In this document: piece by piece, positions 1-8,924 of the stretch
Layout of the letters: every line of letters starts with the position of its first letter
How positions within the stretch are numbered: the first letter of the stretch is position 1
Assembly (NCBI RefSeq): GCF_000008665.1
Contig: NC_000917.1
Location: 1,890,001-1,922,000 of the forward strand
Reading direction: 5' to 3'
Length of the DNA stretch: 32,000 nt
Source: Archaeoglobus fulgidus DSM 4304
GTDB lineage: Archaea; Halobacteriota; Archaeoglobi; Archaeoglobales; Archaeoglobaceae
Made by a program: the position numbers and the translations under genes
Notes under the pieces: generated by a model
Told to the model about the DNA's origin: nothing
Seen by the model: the letters and a program-made list of their open reading frames with translations, nothing else
The model's database searches: none

Positions 1-977
1 AGAGGGGGTCGAGCGGTGTTTCGATGTAGGGACATAGCTTCTCCGGAAGGGAAGCGGCGAGGTGCAGGTTAGCGAGCCATCCCAGTCCCGGGTCCCACGC
101 ATGGGGCATAAACTTGAGGTTGAAGGCCTCAGCAAGAGCGGCGACCTTTCTGCACTCTTGTATTCCGTTCGAATAAACCGCATCTGCCTGAACGATGTCA
201 AAAGCTCCCCCTTCAATGAGCATTCTGAACCTCTGGATGCCATGCTCCAGCTCTCCTCCAGAAATCTCAATGCTGGTGTTTTCCCTGAGCCACCTGTATC
301 CCTCTACGTCATCCTTCCAGAGCGGCTCCTCAAGCCAGAGAACTTCAAAGTTTTCAAGCTCCTTGGCAACCTTCATTGCTTTTTTCCTGCTCCAGTAGGG
401 TGGTGTGTAGCTCCAAGCCTGATTTGCATCAACTGAAATCTTAACATCGGAAAACTCCCTCGCTACGGCTTTCAGCACCTCCAGGTCCTCATTGATCCTT
501 TCTCTCCTGAACCTCAGCTTCACCACATCTATTCCGAGCTCGGCGTACTTTTCAACCATTTTCACGGTTTCTTCTGCTGAAAGCAACCTGCCTGTGCTTG
601 CGTAAACCTTGACTTTCCTTCTACCACCACCGAGCAGCCTGTAAAGCGGCAAACCTTCCCTTTTAGCAATCAGGTCCCATATGGCAACCTCCAGTGCTCC
701 AAGCCTCTGAATCGCCCAGCTGCCCACCTCAAGCAGCCTTGCATCAACGTCTTCAATTTCAATGTCTAAGCCTTGAATCGTAAGCTTGACCGTCGTTTCG
801 AGAAAGTGCTTGTAGGCTGCACCAAACTCAATCGCAGAGTATCCCTTGAATCCACCCGCCTCAACCTCTACTATGCTGAAAACGTAAACGGGATGTGGGA
901 AAGGCTCCCACGAAAACTGGATTGGTTCGCGAAGTGGAATTGCAAGAGTGTGAACCTTCAAATCGCCCAGTTTCATG
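1..977 (-). CDS. Mandelate racemase/muconate lactonizing enzyme (enolase superfamily) protein, 3' end beyond the window
   Basis: Manual translation of the minus strand from ATG at 977 gives an uninterrupted frame to the window edge: MKLGDLKVHTLAIPLREPIQFSWEPFPHPVYVFSIVEVEAGG...WAIQRLGALEVAIWDLIAKREGLPLYRLLGGGRRKVKVYAS...VKISVDANQAW...LWLEEPLW...EISGGELEHG...DIVQADAVYSNGI...FMPHAWDPG. The DANQ, LEEP and DIVQ...D motifs are typical of the family. Absent from the supplied ORF track, probably because it has no stop in the window. Confidence 0.93.
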
Positions 978-1100
978 CTCCTTTTCCTCAGCACGATTAT
1001 TTATTCTTTTTGATTAATCGTATTCGATGGGTTTTAAACTCTTGCAGCCTGACAAAATCAACCTTAGCAAACTTTTTAAAATTATAATCATAAATCGAGT

Positions 1101-2828
1101 ATGGCGCAGATTTCTGGAGGAGAGTTGCTTGTGAGGTGTTTGATAAAGGAGAATGTCAGGTACATCTTTGGAGTTCCGGGAGGGCAGCTTCTCACCTTCC
1201 TCGATGCGATAAAAAGGGTTGGGGAGAAGCACGGAATGAAGTTCGTAAACTGCAGGCACGAACAGGCTGCGGCGAGCATGGCAGATGCTTACGCAAGAGT
1301 TAGCGGTGAGATTGGGGTTTGCGTTGGCACGATAGGCCCGGGTGGGGCTGATTTGGTTCCGGGAGTTTATCCTGCCTTTGCGGACAGCGTTCCCATGCTC
1401 GTAATCACAGCTCAAAACCAGACGTGGAAGAGCTACCCTGACCACGGCTCAATGCAGGCTTTAGACCAGTACCACCTCTTCAAGCCAATAACGAAGTGGA
1501 ATGCGGTGGTTTCACACTGGGAGAGGATTCCAGAACTCGTTCAGAGGGCCATAAGAATTGCCCTTTCGGGCAGGCCGGGGCCTGTGCACCTTGATTTCCC
1601 ATCTGACGTGCTCTACAACGGTCAGGAGGAGAGCTTTGCGAAGGTTTACGGGCCTGAGCGCTACAGACCGATGAAGCCCCCTGTGGGGCATCCTGAGCTG
1701 GTGGAGAAGGCTGCTGAAATGCTCTACAACGCTGAGAGACCGCTCATTCACGCAGGGACAGGGGTTCTGAGGGCTAAGGCTTGGAATGAGCTTAGAGAGC
1801 TTGCCGAGTATCTTGGAGCTGTTGTAACAACCACAATGGGCGGGAGGGGAGCAATTCCGGAAGACCACCCGCTCTGCATCCTCCCTGCAAGTCCGGCAGC
1901 AATCACAGCCCAGAACGAGGCTGATGTTATTCTGGTTGTTGGAAGCAAGATGGGCGACTTGGATTTCTGGGGAAAGCCACCAGCATGGGGTGACCCTGAG
2001 CAGCAGAAGACCATTCAGATAGACATCGACCCAGAGATGATTGCCCTAAACCGCCCAGTTGATGTTGCAATTGTTGGAGATGCTAAGGAGACTCTGAAGG
2101 CGTTGATTGAGGCGGTGAAGAAGAAGGGGGAGAAGAGGGAGCCGGTTGACAGGCTCAAGGAATACAGGAAAATGCAGCAGGATTGGCTTGAGGGGTTTTT
2201 GAAGCTGGCTGAAAGCGGTGAGAAGCCCATTCACCCGCTGAGGGTGATTAAGGAGGTCAGGGAGTTTTATCCCAGAAACGCCATCTCCTGCGTTGATGGA
2301 GGCAACACGGCAGTTTGGGCTTCATATCTCAACAGAATTTACGAGCCCAACACCTTCCTGTGGGCGGCTGACTCTGGCCACCTTGGCACGGGACTGCCAT
2401 ACGCCATCGGAGCGAAGCTTGCCAACCCCGACAGGCCCGTTTACCTGATAGCGGGGGATGGTGCCTTCGGCCTGACAATGGAGGAACTTGAGACGGCAAG
2501 CAGGGAAGGGGTGAAAATTACAGCTGTGGTCATGAACGACGGCTGCTGGGGGATGATTAAAGGCTCGCAGAAGGCGGCCTTTGGCGGGAGGTTCATAGGT
2601 GTTGACTTCAAGGATGTCAGATACGATAAAGTGGCTGAGTCGATGGGATGGTACGGGCAGAGGGTTGAGGAGCCCGAGGACATTGCCACAGCACTCGACA
2701 AGGCTGAAAGCTCAGACAAACCAGCTTTACTGGACGTGAAAATCTCGCAGGAGGCCAATCTCTCCCCGCCAGACTTGATTACTCTCTCAATCGTGTGGCT
2801 TGAGGGCTGCAATCCTCCACCAGTATGA
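1101..2828 (+). CDS. Thiamine-diphosphate-dependent enzyme, acetolactate synthase large-subunit-like
   Basis: 575 aa; N-terminal IFGVPGGQLLTFLDAI, catalytic-Glu region VNCRHEQAAASMADAYARVSG, ThDP-binding GDGAFGLTMEELETASREGVKITAVVMNDGCWGM. TATA-like tttttaaa centred ~24 nt upstream of ATG. Confidence 0.92.
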   Translation: MAQISGGELLVRCLIKENVRYIFGVPGGQLLTFLDAIKRVGEKHGMKFVNCRHEQAAASMADAYARVSGEIGVCVGTIGPGGADLVPGVYPAFADSVPMLVITAQNQTWKSYPDHGSMQALDQYHLFKPITKWNAVVSHWERIPELVQRAIRIALSGRPGPVHLDFPSDVLYNGQEESFAKVYGPERYRPMKPPVGHPELVEKAAEMLYNAERPLIHAGTGVLRAKAWNELRELAEYLGAVVTTTMGGRGAIPEDHPLCILPASPAAITAQNEADVILVVGSKMGDLDFWGKPPAWGDPEQQKTIQIDIDPEMIALNRPVDVAIVGDAKETLKALIEAVKKKGEKREPVDRLKEYRKMQQDWLEGFLKLAESGEKPIHPLRVIKEVREFYPRNAISCVDGGNTAVWASYLNRIYEPNTFLWAADSGHLGTGLPYAIGAKLANPDRPVYLIAGDGAFGLTMEELETASREGVKITAVVMNDGCWGMIKGSQKAAFGGRFIGVDFKDVRYDKVAESMGWYGQRVEEPEDIATALDKAESSDKPALLDVKISQEANLSPPDLITLSIVWLEGCNPPPV

Positions 2829-4033
2829 GGGCTCTGGTTGTTGAGTTAAGGCTTTGGAAAGCAGCACTGAGCCTGCTGCTGGGGAAGGTTACGAAAAGCG
2901 TTTACTACAGCCCCCTATCGTTGCTGAAATACTACAAAAACTACCCTGAACCTGCGCTGCCCGACGAGGACTGGGTCAAGGTAAAGACGAGGCTCTGCGG
3001 GATTTGCGGGTCAGACCTCAGAATCATAACTCTTCAGGAGAGCTTCTATTTAGCCCCGCTGACATCCTTCCCCTTCATCCCGGGCCATGAGGTGGTAGGA
3101 GAGGTTGTTGAGGTGGGGAAGGAGGCAGATGCACAGGAAGGGGAGAGGGTTGTCATCAATACAGCCCTTTCCTGCAGAGTTAGAGGATTTGATGACTGCG
3201 ATGCGTGCAGAAAAGGCCATTTTGCCGCCTGCCATAATGTGGATAGGGGCAGAATCTCTCCCGGCATATTCACGGGAACGTGCAGGGATACAGGAGGAGG
3301 GTGGGCAGAGTACTTTGTGGCCCACGAATCTCAGCTTGTTAGAGTGCCAGAGGGGATTAGGGATGAAAACGCTGTGTTCGCTGAGCCGCTCACCATAGGA
3401 ATCCACTCAGCCCTGAGAAGCTTTCCCGATGATGGAGAGGTTGTCGCAATTGTGGGTTGTGGTGTTATCGGCATCTGCACCATCATCGCCCTGAGACACC
3501 TTGGCTTCAGGGGTGAAATCATCGGGATTGATATAAGTGAAAGACAGGCCGAGCTGGCAAGAAAATTTGGAGCTGATGGGGTGGTAACTGAAAATCCCGT
3601 AGAGAGGATTGCCGAGATGACGGGTGGAAGAGTTTACCGCCCGCCGAGGGACAAACCAATGTTCATTGGTGGTGGGGTTGATGTGGCCTTTGAGTGCACC
3701 GGAATTCCCCAGACCGTGGATACAGCCCTGAGAATAACCAAGCCTCTTGGCAGAGTTGTGATTGCGGGAACCGTAGCCAAGATGGGCGTGGACTGGGCTC
3801 CTGTATTTGCGAAAGAGCTGAGCGTGTTGGGAACTTTTGGATGCGGAATTGAGGAGGTTAATGGGGAGAAAAGGGATGCCTTCGACATAGCCTTTGAAAT
3901 CCTCAAAAAAGTTGACCTCTCTTCTCTGCTTACCCACAGATTCACCATCGAGGACTACAAGAAAGCTCTGAGGGCTGCGATTGAAAAAGGGAAAAGTGGG
4001 GCGGTGAAGGTGGCCTTTGATTTTACTCTTTGA
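2825..4033 (+). CDS. Zinc-dependent medium-chain alcohol dehydrogenase family protein
   Basis: 402 aa; GICGSDLR, GHEVVGEVVEVG, structural-zinc cysteine lobe, Rossmann VAIVGCGVIGICTI. ATG overlaps the upstream stop (ATGA at 2825-2828). Confidence 0.92.
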   Translation: MRALVVELRLWKAALSLLLGKVTKSVYYSPLSLLKYYKNYPEPALPDEDWVKVKTRLCGICGSDLRIITLQESFYLAPLTSFPFIPGHEVVGEVVEVGKEADAQEGERVVINTALSCRVRGFDDCDACRKGHFAACHNVDRGRISPGIFTGTCRDTGGGWAEYFVAHESQLVRVPEGIRDENAVFAEPLTIGIHSALRSFPDDGEVVAIVGCGVIGICTIIALRHLGFRGEIIGIDISERQAELARKFGADGVVTENPVERIAEMTGGRVYRPPRDKPMFIGGGVDVAFECTGIPQTVDTALRITKPLGRVVIAGTVAKMGVDWAPVFAKELSVLGTFGCGIEEVNGEKRDAFDIAFEILKKVDLSSLLTHRFTIEDYKKALRAAIEKGKSGAVKVAFDFTL

Positions 4034-5164
4034 GCTGCAGAGCGAGGAGGAAGGACACAGCAAGAAGTCCGGCGGAGAGGAGCAGCGTGGAGTTCCAGCT
4101 CGCCATACTCTCGAACAAAACTATCAGCACAACCGAACCCACCTGAGAGAACAGCCATAGAGAGGAGTTGGCGGTTCCGGCAAACTGCTCTCCAACTGAA
4201 GTTGCAGATAAGTCGAGGGCAAGTGGAAGGGCAGAGATGAAGAAGAATCCCAGAACGAAGAGCACAGCTGCCACCATTGCCATACCGAAGGCGATTGCGT
4301 GGATATAAAACAGCACAGCTGAGATTATGAAGCATAAATAGAGGAAGGGCTTTCTTTTGCCGGCCCTGTCAGATAAGGCTGGAATGATAATGCTGCCAAA
4401 AATCCCGCCCAGAAGGAAAGCTGTGGCTGTAAGTCCAGCAGTCTCCACAGTTAAGCCATGCTCCTCCAGAACCGGCTCAACCCAAGTGAGGTAGGCTGTG
4501 AATATCCCCACCCCAATGAAGGCAATGACGGAGAGAATCACAACGTTTCTGTTTTTAAGCACCTCTAAGTACTCCCTCAGCCTGTACTCCTCCTCCATCT
4601 CCCCTCCAGTCTCCTTGCCCAGCAAGTAAAAGAAAACCAGCACGACGAAGGCGAAGATGCCGTAAATCAGCAGCATGCTCTCGAAACCAATGCTTACCGT
4701 CAAAGCCGGGGTCAGGCCGAGGCCGACAATTGTTCATATGAAAAGGGAGATGCTCCCCAGACCAGTTGCAAGTCCTGCCTCCTCGGCAGGGAACCAGCTC
4801 TTGACAAGATGCTGTTGAATATGAAAGGCTGCCCCACAGCGGTTAGAGTTTGGAATGCCAGCAGCATTTCAAAGGTTGCTGCAAAGGCCCTCAGCAGGCC
4901 AAAAACGGCAAAGAAGGCACTTCCCAGCAGAACCGCTTTCCTGAACCCCCTTCTGTCAACGTAGTAGCCTACTGGAAGAGCGAGGACTATGAAGACGATT
5001 GGAAAAACGGCAGAAAGCAGCCCGACTTCCGCATCCCCCACACTGTAGATTTCCTCCACAATGGGCAGGATGGGCGAGAAGGTAATCCACATGATCTGCG
5101 AAACGATGCCCGCAAGGATGTACATTGCAAGAACGACCCATCTATATGAATTCATAATAAACAA
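4023..5164 (-). pseudogene. MFS transporter interrupted by one frameshift and one in-frame TGA
   Basis: ORF 4712..5164 carries the N-terminal half (MNSYRWVVLAMYILAGIVSQIMWITFSPILPIV...VGYYVDRRGFRKA...QTLTAVGQPFIFNSI) and ORF 4023..4703 the C-terminal half (TVSIGFESMLLIYG...SDRAGKRKPFLYL...). Between them, the downstream frame encodes LVKSWFPAEEAGLATGLGSISLFI-stop-TIVGLGLTPALTVSIGF. Confidence 0.85.
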
Positions 5165-6304
5165 TCAATCCCCAAGCAGACATTTCGCTATGCCGCTGCT
5201 GTAGAGGCATTCGCTGCATGATGGTAAGTTGGCATAGCAGTCAACGTTTGTTTCGGCGTACCAGCAACCCTCAACGTAGGGGCAGTCGGCGCACCACGGG
5301 AAGTTCTCCATATCCGCCCTGACCCTTTCAAACTCGGCCATTTTTCCGATTACATCGTCAATGTCCTCTTTCAGGACGTTACCGGGGCAGAACTTCTCCA
5401 CTTTCTTGTAGTGGCCGTCAACGTACTCCGTGTGAGTGTAGGCAAAGGACATGCAGCTCGAAATCTTCCCGTCAACTCTCAGAAAGGCAGAATCTCTGTA
5501 GGGACACTCCCTCGCTTTGGAGTCTCCGAAGAAAGAGGGCTCAATCAGCTCAACACCGTAATCCCCTGCCAAATCTCTGAGCATTTCAAAAACACCTTCA
5601 GCCTTAAAAGCGGTCTCTACTCTTCCCTTTCGACCGAAAATTGCCAGAAGGTTGATGGAGTATCCTTTTGAATACACTTCTTTGAGCAAGTGCTTGTATC
5701 TCCTCAACGCCTCTCCCCCACCTCTGGAGCAGTCCTTAATCGCCTCAACAAGGATGCTCTCATCCAGTCCGAGAACCTTCTCAACCGTGATTCTGCTGCA
5801 CTCGAAGTAAACGCCCTGCTCGTAAATTGCAGGATTTGACGCTACGACATTGGTGGCAAGCATTCCTGAGCCATGCTCAGCTATTCTTTCGAAGAAAGCC
5901 GGGAGCAGCTCAAGATTGTCCTTTGTTACAACCACCTCGGCAATTCCTCTCTCACCCAGCTTTCTGAGCACTTCAAGAGCCTTCTCAACCTCAAGCCCTT
6001 TCCTGAACTTGTCATTAACGTCAATTGAAACTCCGACCTTGTCTGCCAAATCAAGGATATCGGAGTCAAGCATTCCGTTCGTGCTGATCACTACCTTTCC
6101 GTCAAAGCCCTCAATCCTCTTGAAAAAGTCGGGGTAAAGCAAAGGTTCTCCATAGCCATAAATCACGTACTCCTTCGCAACGCCGTTAACCCTGTCGAGA
6201 ACTTCGAGTGGTAGGTCCTGCGGTGGGATGCTCTTGCGGTGGCAGTACTCGCAGTCAAGCGTGCAGAAGGTGGTGGGCTCAATCTGAAGTTTTTTGAGCT
6301 TCAT
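5165..6304 (-). CDS. Radical SAM / SPASM-type protein
   Basis: 379 aa; CTLDCEYCHRKS (CxxxCxxC cluster), VIYGYGEPLLYPDFF, VVISTNG, C-terminal cysteine-rich CADCPYVEGCWY...CYANLPSCSEC. ATG overlaps the stop of the upstream MoaD-like gene. Confidence 0.9.
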   Translation of the reverse strand: MKLKKLQIEPTTFCTLDCEYCHRKSIPPQDLPLEVLDRVNGVAKEYVIYGYGEPLLYPDFFKRIEGFDGKVVISTNGMLDSDILDLADKVGVSIDVNDKFRKGLEVEKALEVLRKLGERGIAEVVVTKDNLELLPAFFERIAEHGSGMLATNVVASNPAIYEQGVYFECSRITVEKVLGLDESILVEAIKDCSRGGGEALRRYKHLLKEVYSKGYSINLLAIFGRKGRVETAFKAEGVFEMLRDLAGDYGVELIEPSFFGDSKARECPYRDSAFLRVDGKISSCMSFAYTHTEYVDGHYKKVEKFCPGNVLKEDIDDVIGKMAEFERVRADMENFPWCADCPYVEGCWYAETNVDCYANLPSCSECLYSSGIAKCLLGD

Positions 6305-6570
6305 CCTCCGGCCACCGGTGGAAAAACAGCGATTCTGGCATTCTCACTGAGCTTCTCAATCATCTCATCCTTTATGTTTCTGCCGTTTACCGTTATTATT
6401 CTGTCGTCCCTGAAATTCCCCCTCTCGTCGAAAACCTCCTTGAGGAAGTCTTTTCCGAGCTTCTCCGCAGCAGCCATGAAAGCTCCCCTTAGCGTGCTGT
6501 CGCACTCAACCTCTATGCTCTTCCCGTACTTTTCTCTGAGCGTGGCGTAGAACTCTATTCTAACCTTCAC
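6301..6570 (-). CDS. MoaD/ThiS-family ubiquitin-like sulfur carrier-type protein
   Basis: 89 aa; MKVRIEFYATLREKYGKSIEV...ITVNGRNI...LSENARIAVFPPVAGG with terminal Gly-Gly. Confidence 0.87.
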   Translation of the reverse strand: MKVRIEFYATLREKYGKSIEVECDSTLRGAFMAAAEKLGKDFLKEVFDERGNFRDDRIITVNGRNIKDEMIEKLSENARIAVFPPVAGG

Positions 6571-6609
6571 AAAAAGAGTAGTCCAGAGCCAATAAAAGCC
6601 TTCCTCACG

Positions 6610-7311
6610 ATGGTTCGTGATATAAAAACCTTTAAATTTTTTGAGGTGCTTCTCATATATGAGATGCTCGAAGTCCTCAAGGCCTTGGCGATGATGAACG
6701 CGACAAGGAAGGTCGTGAAAATAAGCTCAAAGGAGCTTGCAGAGCACATAGGGCAGAGTCTGCAGACAGCTGCGAGAAAACTGAAGGAGCTCGAAGATGA
6801 AGGGCTAATAGACCGCACACTCACCAAAGACGGGCAGTTTGTGGTGATAACAGAGAAGGGGAAGCAGCTTCTCTACAAGGAGTACATGGACTACAAGAAA
6901 ATTTTCGATGACGAGGGCACGATTAAAATAAAGGGAGAGGTTTTCAGCGGAGTTGGGGAAGGGAGATACTACGTCTCTCTTGAGGGTTACAGGAAGCAGT
7001 TCAGGGAGAAGCTAGGCTTCGACCCCTACCCGGGCACGCTCAACCTCAGAATTCCGAAGGAGGAAATGTACTTCAGGAGAAGGCTGGATGAGGAGAGGGG
7101 AATCCTTATCGAAGGTTTCTCGACTGAGGACAGAACCTTTGGAGAGGTTAAGGCATTCAAGTGCAGAATAAACGGTATCGAGGGGGCAATTGTGATTCCG
7201 AAAAGAACGCACTATCCGGCGGAAATTCTCGAGGTAATATCTCCGGTAAAGCTCAGAGATAAGCTCGGATTGAAGGATGGGGACTTCGTGGAGGTGGAGG
7301 TGATTTTATGA
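6610..7311 (+). CDS. ribK: CTP-dependent riboflavin kinase with N-terminal winged-HTH domain
   Basis: 233 aa; HTH-like N-terminus (LAEHIGQSLQTAARKLKELEDEGLI) followed by GEVFSGVGEGRYYVSLEGYRKQFREKLGFDPYPGTLNLR, typical of the archaeal RibK family. Confidence 0.93.
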   Translation: MVRDIKTFKFFEVLLIYEMLEVLKALAMMNATRKVVKISSKELAEHIGQSLQTAARKLKELEDEGLIDRTLTKDGQFVVITEKGKQLLYKEYMDYKKIFDDEGTIKIKGEVFSGVGEGRYYVSLEGYRKQFREKLGFDPYPGTLNLRIPKEEMYFRRRLDEERGILIEGFSTEDRTFGEVKAFKCRINGIEGAIVIPKRTHYPAEILEVISPVKLRDKLGLKDGDFVEVEVIL

Positions 7312-8024
7312 TACTCGACTTTGAAGAGTCGTTGAGGGCTTTCAGGAAGGGCTCACCAGTGCTGATATACGACTTTGAGGATAGAGAGGGGGAAACGGAC
7401 ATAGCCATTCCCGCAATCCACGTGGGGAAGGATGAAGTTGCGATGATGAGAATTGATGGAGGAGGGCTGATCTGCGTTGCAATACACCCAGTAGCTGCGG
7501 AGAAGCTCGGCCTGCCGTTCATGCACGATGTGCTGAGAATTGCGAGTGAGAAGCTGCCGGAAATAAGGAAGGTTGCAGACGCGGACGACATAAAGTACGA
7601 TTCGAGAAGCTCCTTCTCGCTCTGGGTTAACCACAGGGACACCTTTACGGGAATAACCGACGTTGACAGAGCGCTGACAATAAGGAGAATTGGAGAAGTG
7701 GTTGACGAGGTTATGATGGGCAAAAAGGTTGATTTTGGCAGGGAGTTCAGAAGTCCGGGGCACGTTGCGCTGCTGAGGGCTGCGGACAAGCTAACCTACG
7801 AGAGGGTGGGGCAAACTGAGCTCAGCGTTGCCCTTGCGGAGATGGCTGGAATAGCTCCAGCAGTGGCGATCTGCGAGATGCTGGATGCTGAGACTGGCAA
7901 GGCTCTGACTAAGGAGAAGGCCATGGAGTATGCGGAGGAGAAGGGCATACCGTTCATCGACGGGAGGACGATAGTTGAGCACTACCGGAAATTCAGGGAG
8001 GTTGAGGTGAGCCTGTTCGTCTAA
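7308..8024 (+). CDS. ribB: 3,4-dihydroxy-2-butanone 4-phosphate synthase
   Basis: 238 aa; LIYDFEDREGETDIAIPA, DDIKYDSRSSFSLWVNHRDTFTGITDVDRALTI, FGREFRSPGHVALL, RVGQTELSVALAEMAG. ATGA overlap with ribK. Confidence 0.95.
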   Translation: MILDFEESLRAFRKGSPVLIYDFEDREGETDIAIPAIHVGKDEVAMMRIDGGGLICVAIHPVAAEKLGLPFMHDVLRIASEKLPEIRKVADADDIKYDSRSSFSLWVNHRDTFTGITDVDRALTIRRIGEVVDEVMMGKKVDFGREFRSPGHVALLRAADKLTYERVGQTELSVALAEMAGIAPAVAICEMLDAETGKALTKEKAMEYAEEKGIPFIDGRTIVEHYRKFREVEVSLFV

Positions 8025-8081
8025 ACCTTTCTCGAAGGTTTTCGGGGATACGGTTATATCTCCTGAACTCCTTCTAATTTC

Positions 8082-8924
8082 ATGTTCCAGTCAGACTTAA
8101 AGCTGATAGTGTTCCAGCACGGATTTTTCGGGGAGCGCTTTGTGGCCAACCTGATGAACTATCCCAACTCCTGCCCGTCTTACGGGGCATGTGGAATTGA
8201 TGGCTGCACACAGTGCAAGGAGGGGCTTTACAACTTCTCCAAAAACATAATAGCCGTTTTTTCGATGCCCGACCCGACAACAATGCCCGACTTCATTGAG
8301 AACGCTGAAGACTTTTTGCCAAAGGTTATTCCAGAAGCAGACATTGCGGTTGCGATCAACCTCCATCCTGACGTTCTCGCAGTAATGCCTGAAAAGCTTA
8401 AGGGGAAGGTTAAGGCCCTCATTGTTCCCGTTGAGGAGCCAAGGTGGTGCTCTCCCGGCCTGGCGAAGCAGATAAGGGAGAAGTGCGACGAGCTTGGCCT
8501 TGAGTTTGCCGCCCCAAAGCCCTTCTGCAATCTAAGGCCAAGTGAGGAACATCCAACAATTAACAGAATGATTGAGGAGATGAGAATCGGCTACCCTGAG
8601 TTCGAAATTGAGCTGCTTGAAGACGGCAAAGCCTACGTGAGAATCTCAAGGTCTCAACCGTGCGGCTGTGCGTACTACATAGGAGTAAAGCTCAGGGGAT
8701 TCGACTTCAGTGAGGTGAAGGAGGGAAAAATGAGGGAGCTCTGGAATGTTGTTGCTGAAGCCCACCACAGCTATCCCTGCACCGCAAGCATGGAGAGGGA
8801 CAACGAATACAATGAAACTCTGCTCCACGTCGGTGGTTACATAGCGAGGCACGCTGTAAACAGAGCTTTGGGCTATGAGGGGGATGAGGATATTCCTGAG
8901 CACATCAAACACATCGTTCTCTGA
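8082..8924 (+). CDS. DUF166 family protein
   Basis: 280 aa; VFQHGFFGERFVANLMNY..SCPSYGACGIDGCTQCKEG...ISRSQPCGCAYYI..., family assignment recalled from cysteine pattern. Confidence 0.7.
   Translation: MFQSDLKLIVFQHGFFGERFVANLMNYPNSCPSYGACGIDGCTQCKEGLYNFSKNIIAVFSMPDPTTMPDFIENAEDFLPKVIPEADIAVAINLHPDVLAVMPEKLKGKVKALIVPVEEPRWCSPGLAKQIREKCDELGLEFAAPKPFCNLRPSEEHPTINRMIEEMRIGYPEFEIELLEDGKAYVRISRSQPCGCAYYIGVKLRGFDFSEVKEGKMRELWNVVAEAHHSYPCTASMERDNEYNETLLHVGGYIARHAVNRALGYEGDEDIPEHIKHIVL

Noticed and set aside
1512-2812. Several minus-strand ORFs (1512..1868, 1748..2014, 2441..2812)
   Set aside because: All antisense to the ThDP enzyme and low-complexity Ser/Pro-rich shadows.
3407-4063. 218-aa minus-strand ORF opposite the alcohol dehydrogenase
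   Set aside because: Lies entirely in the antisense of a strongly supported coding gene; composition looks like shadow translation with no recognisable motifs.
4734-4736. In-frame TGA in the MFS gene as a recoded selenocysteine codon
   Set aside because: Sec is not expected in MFS proteins or this lineage, and a separate frameshift in the same gene points to decay or error.
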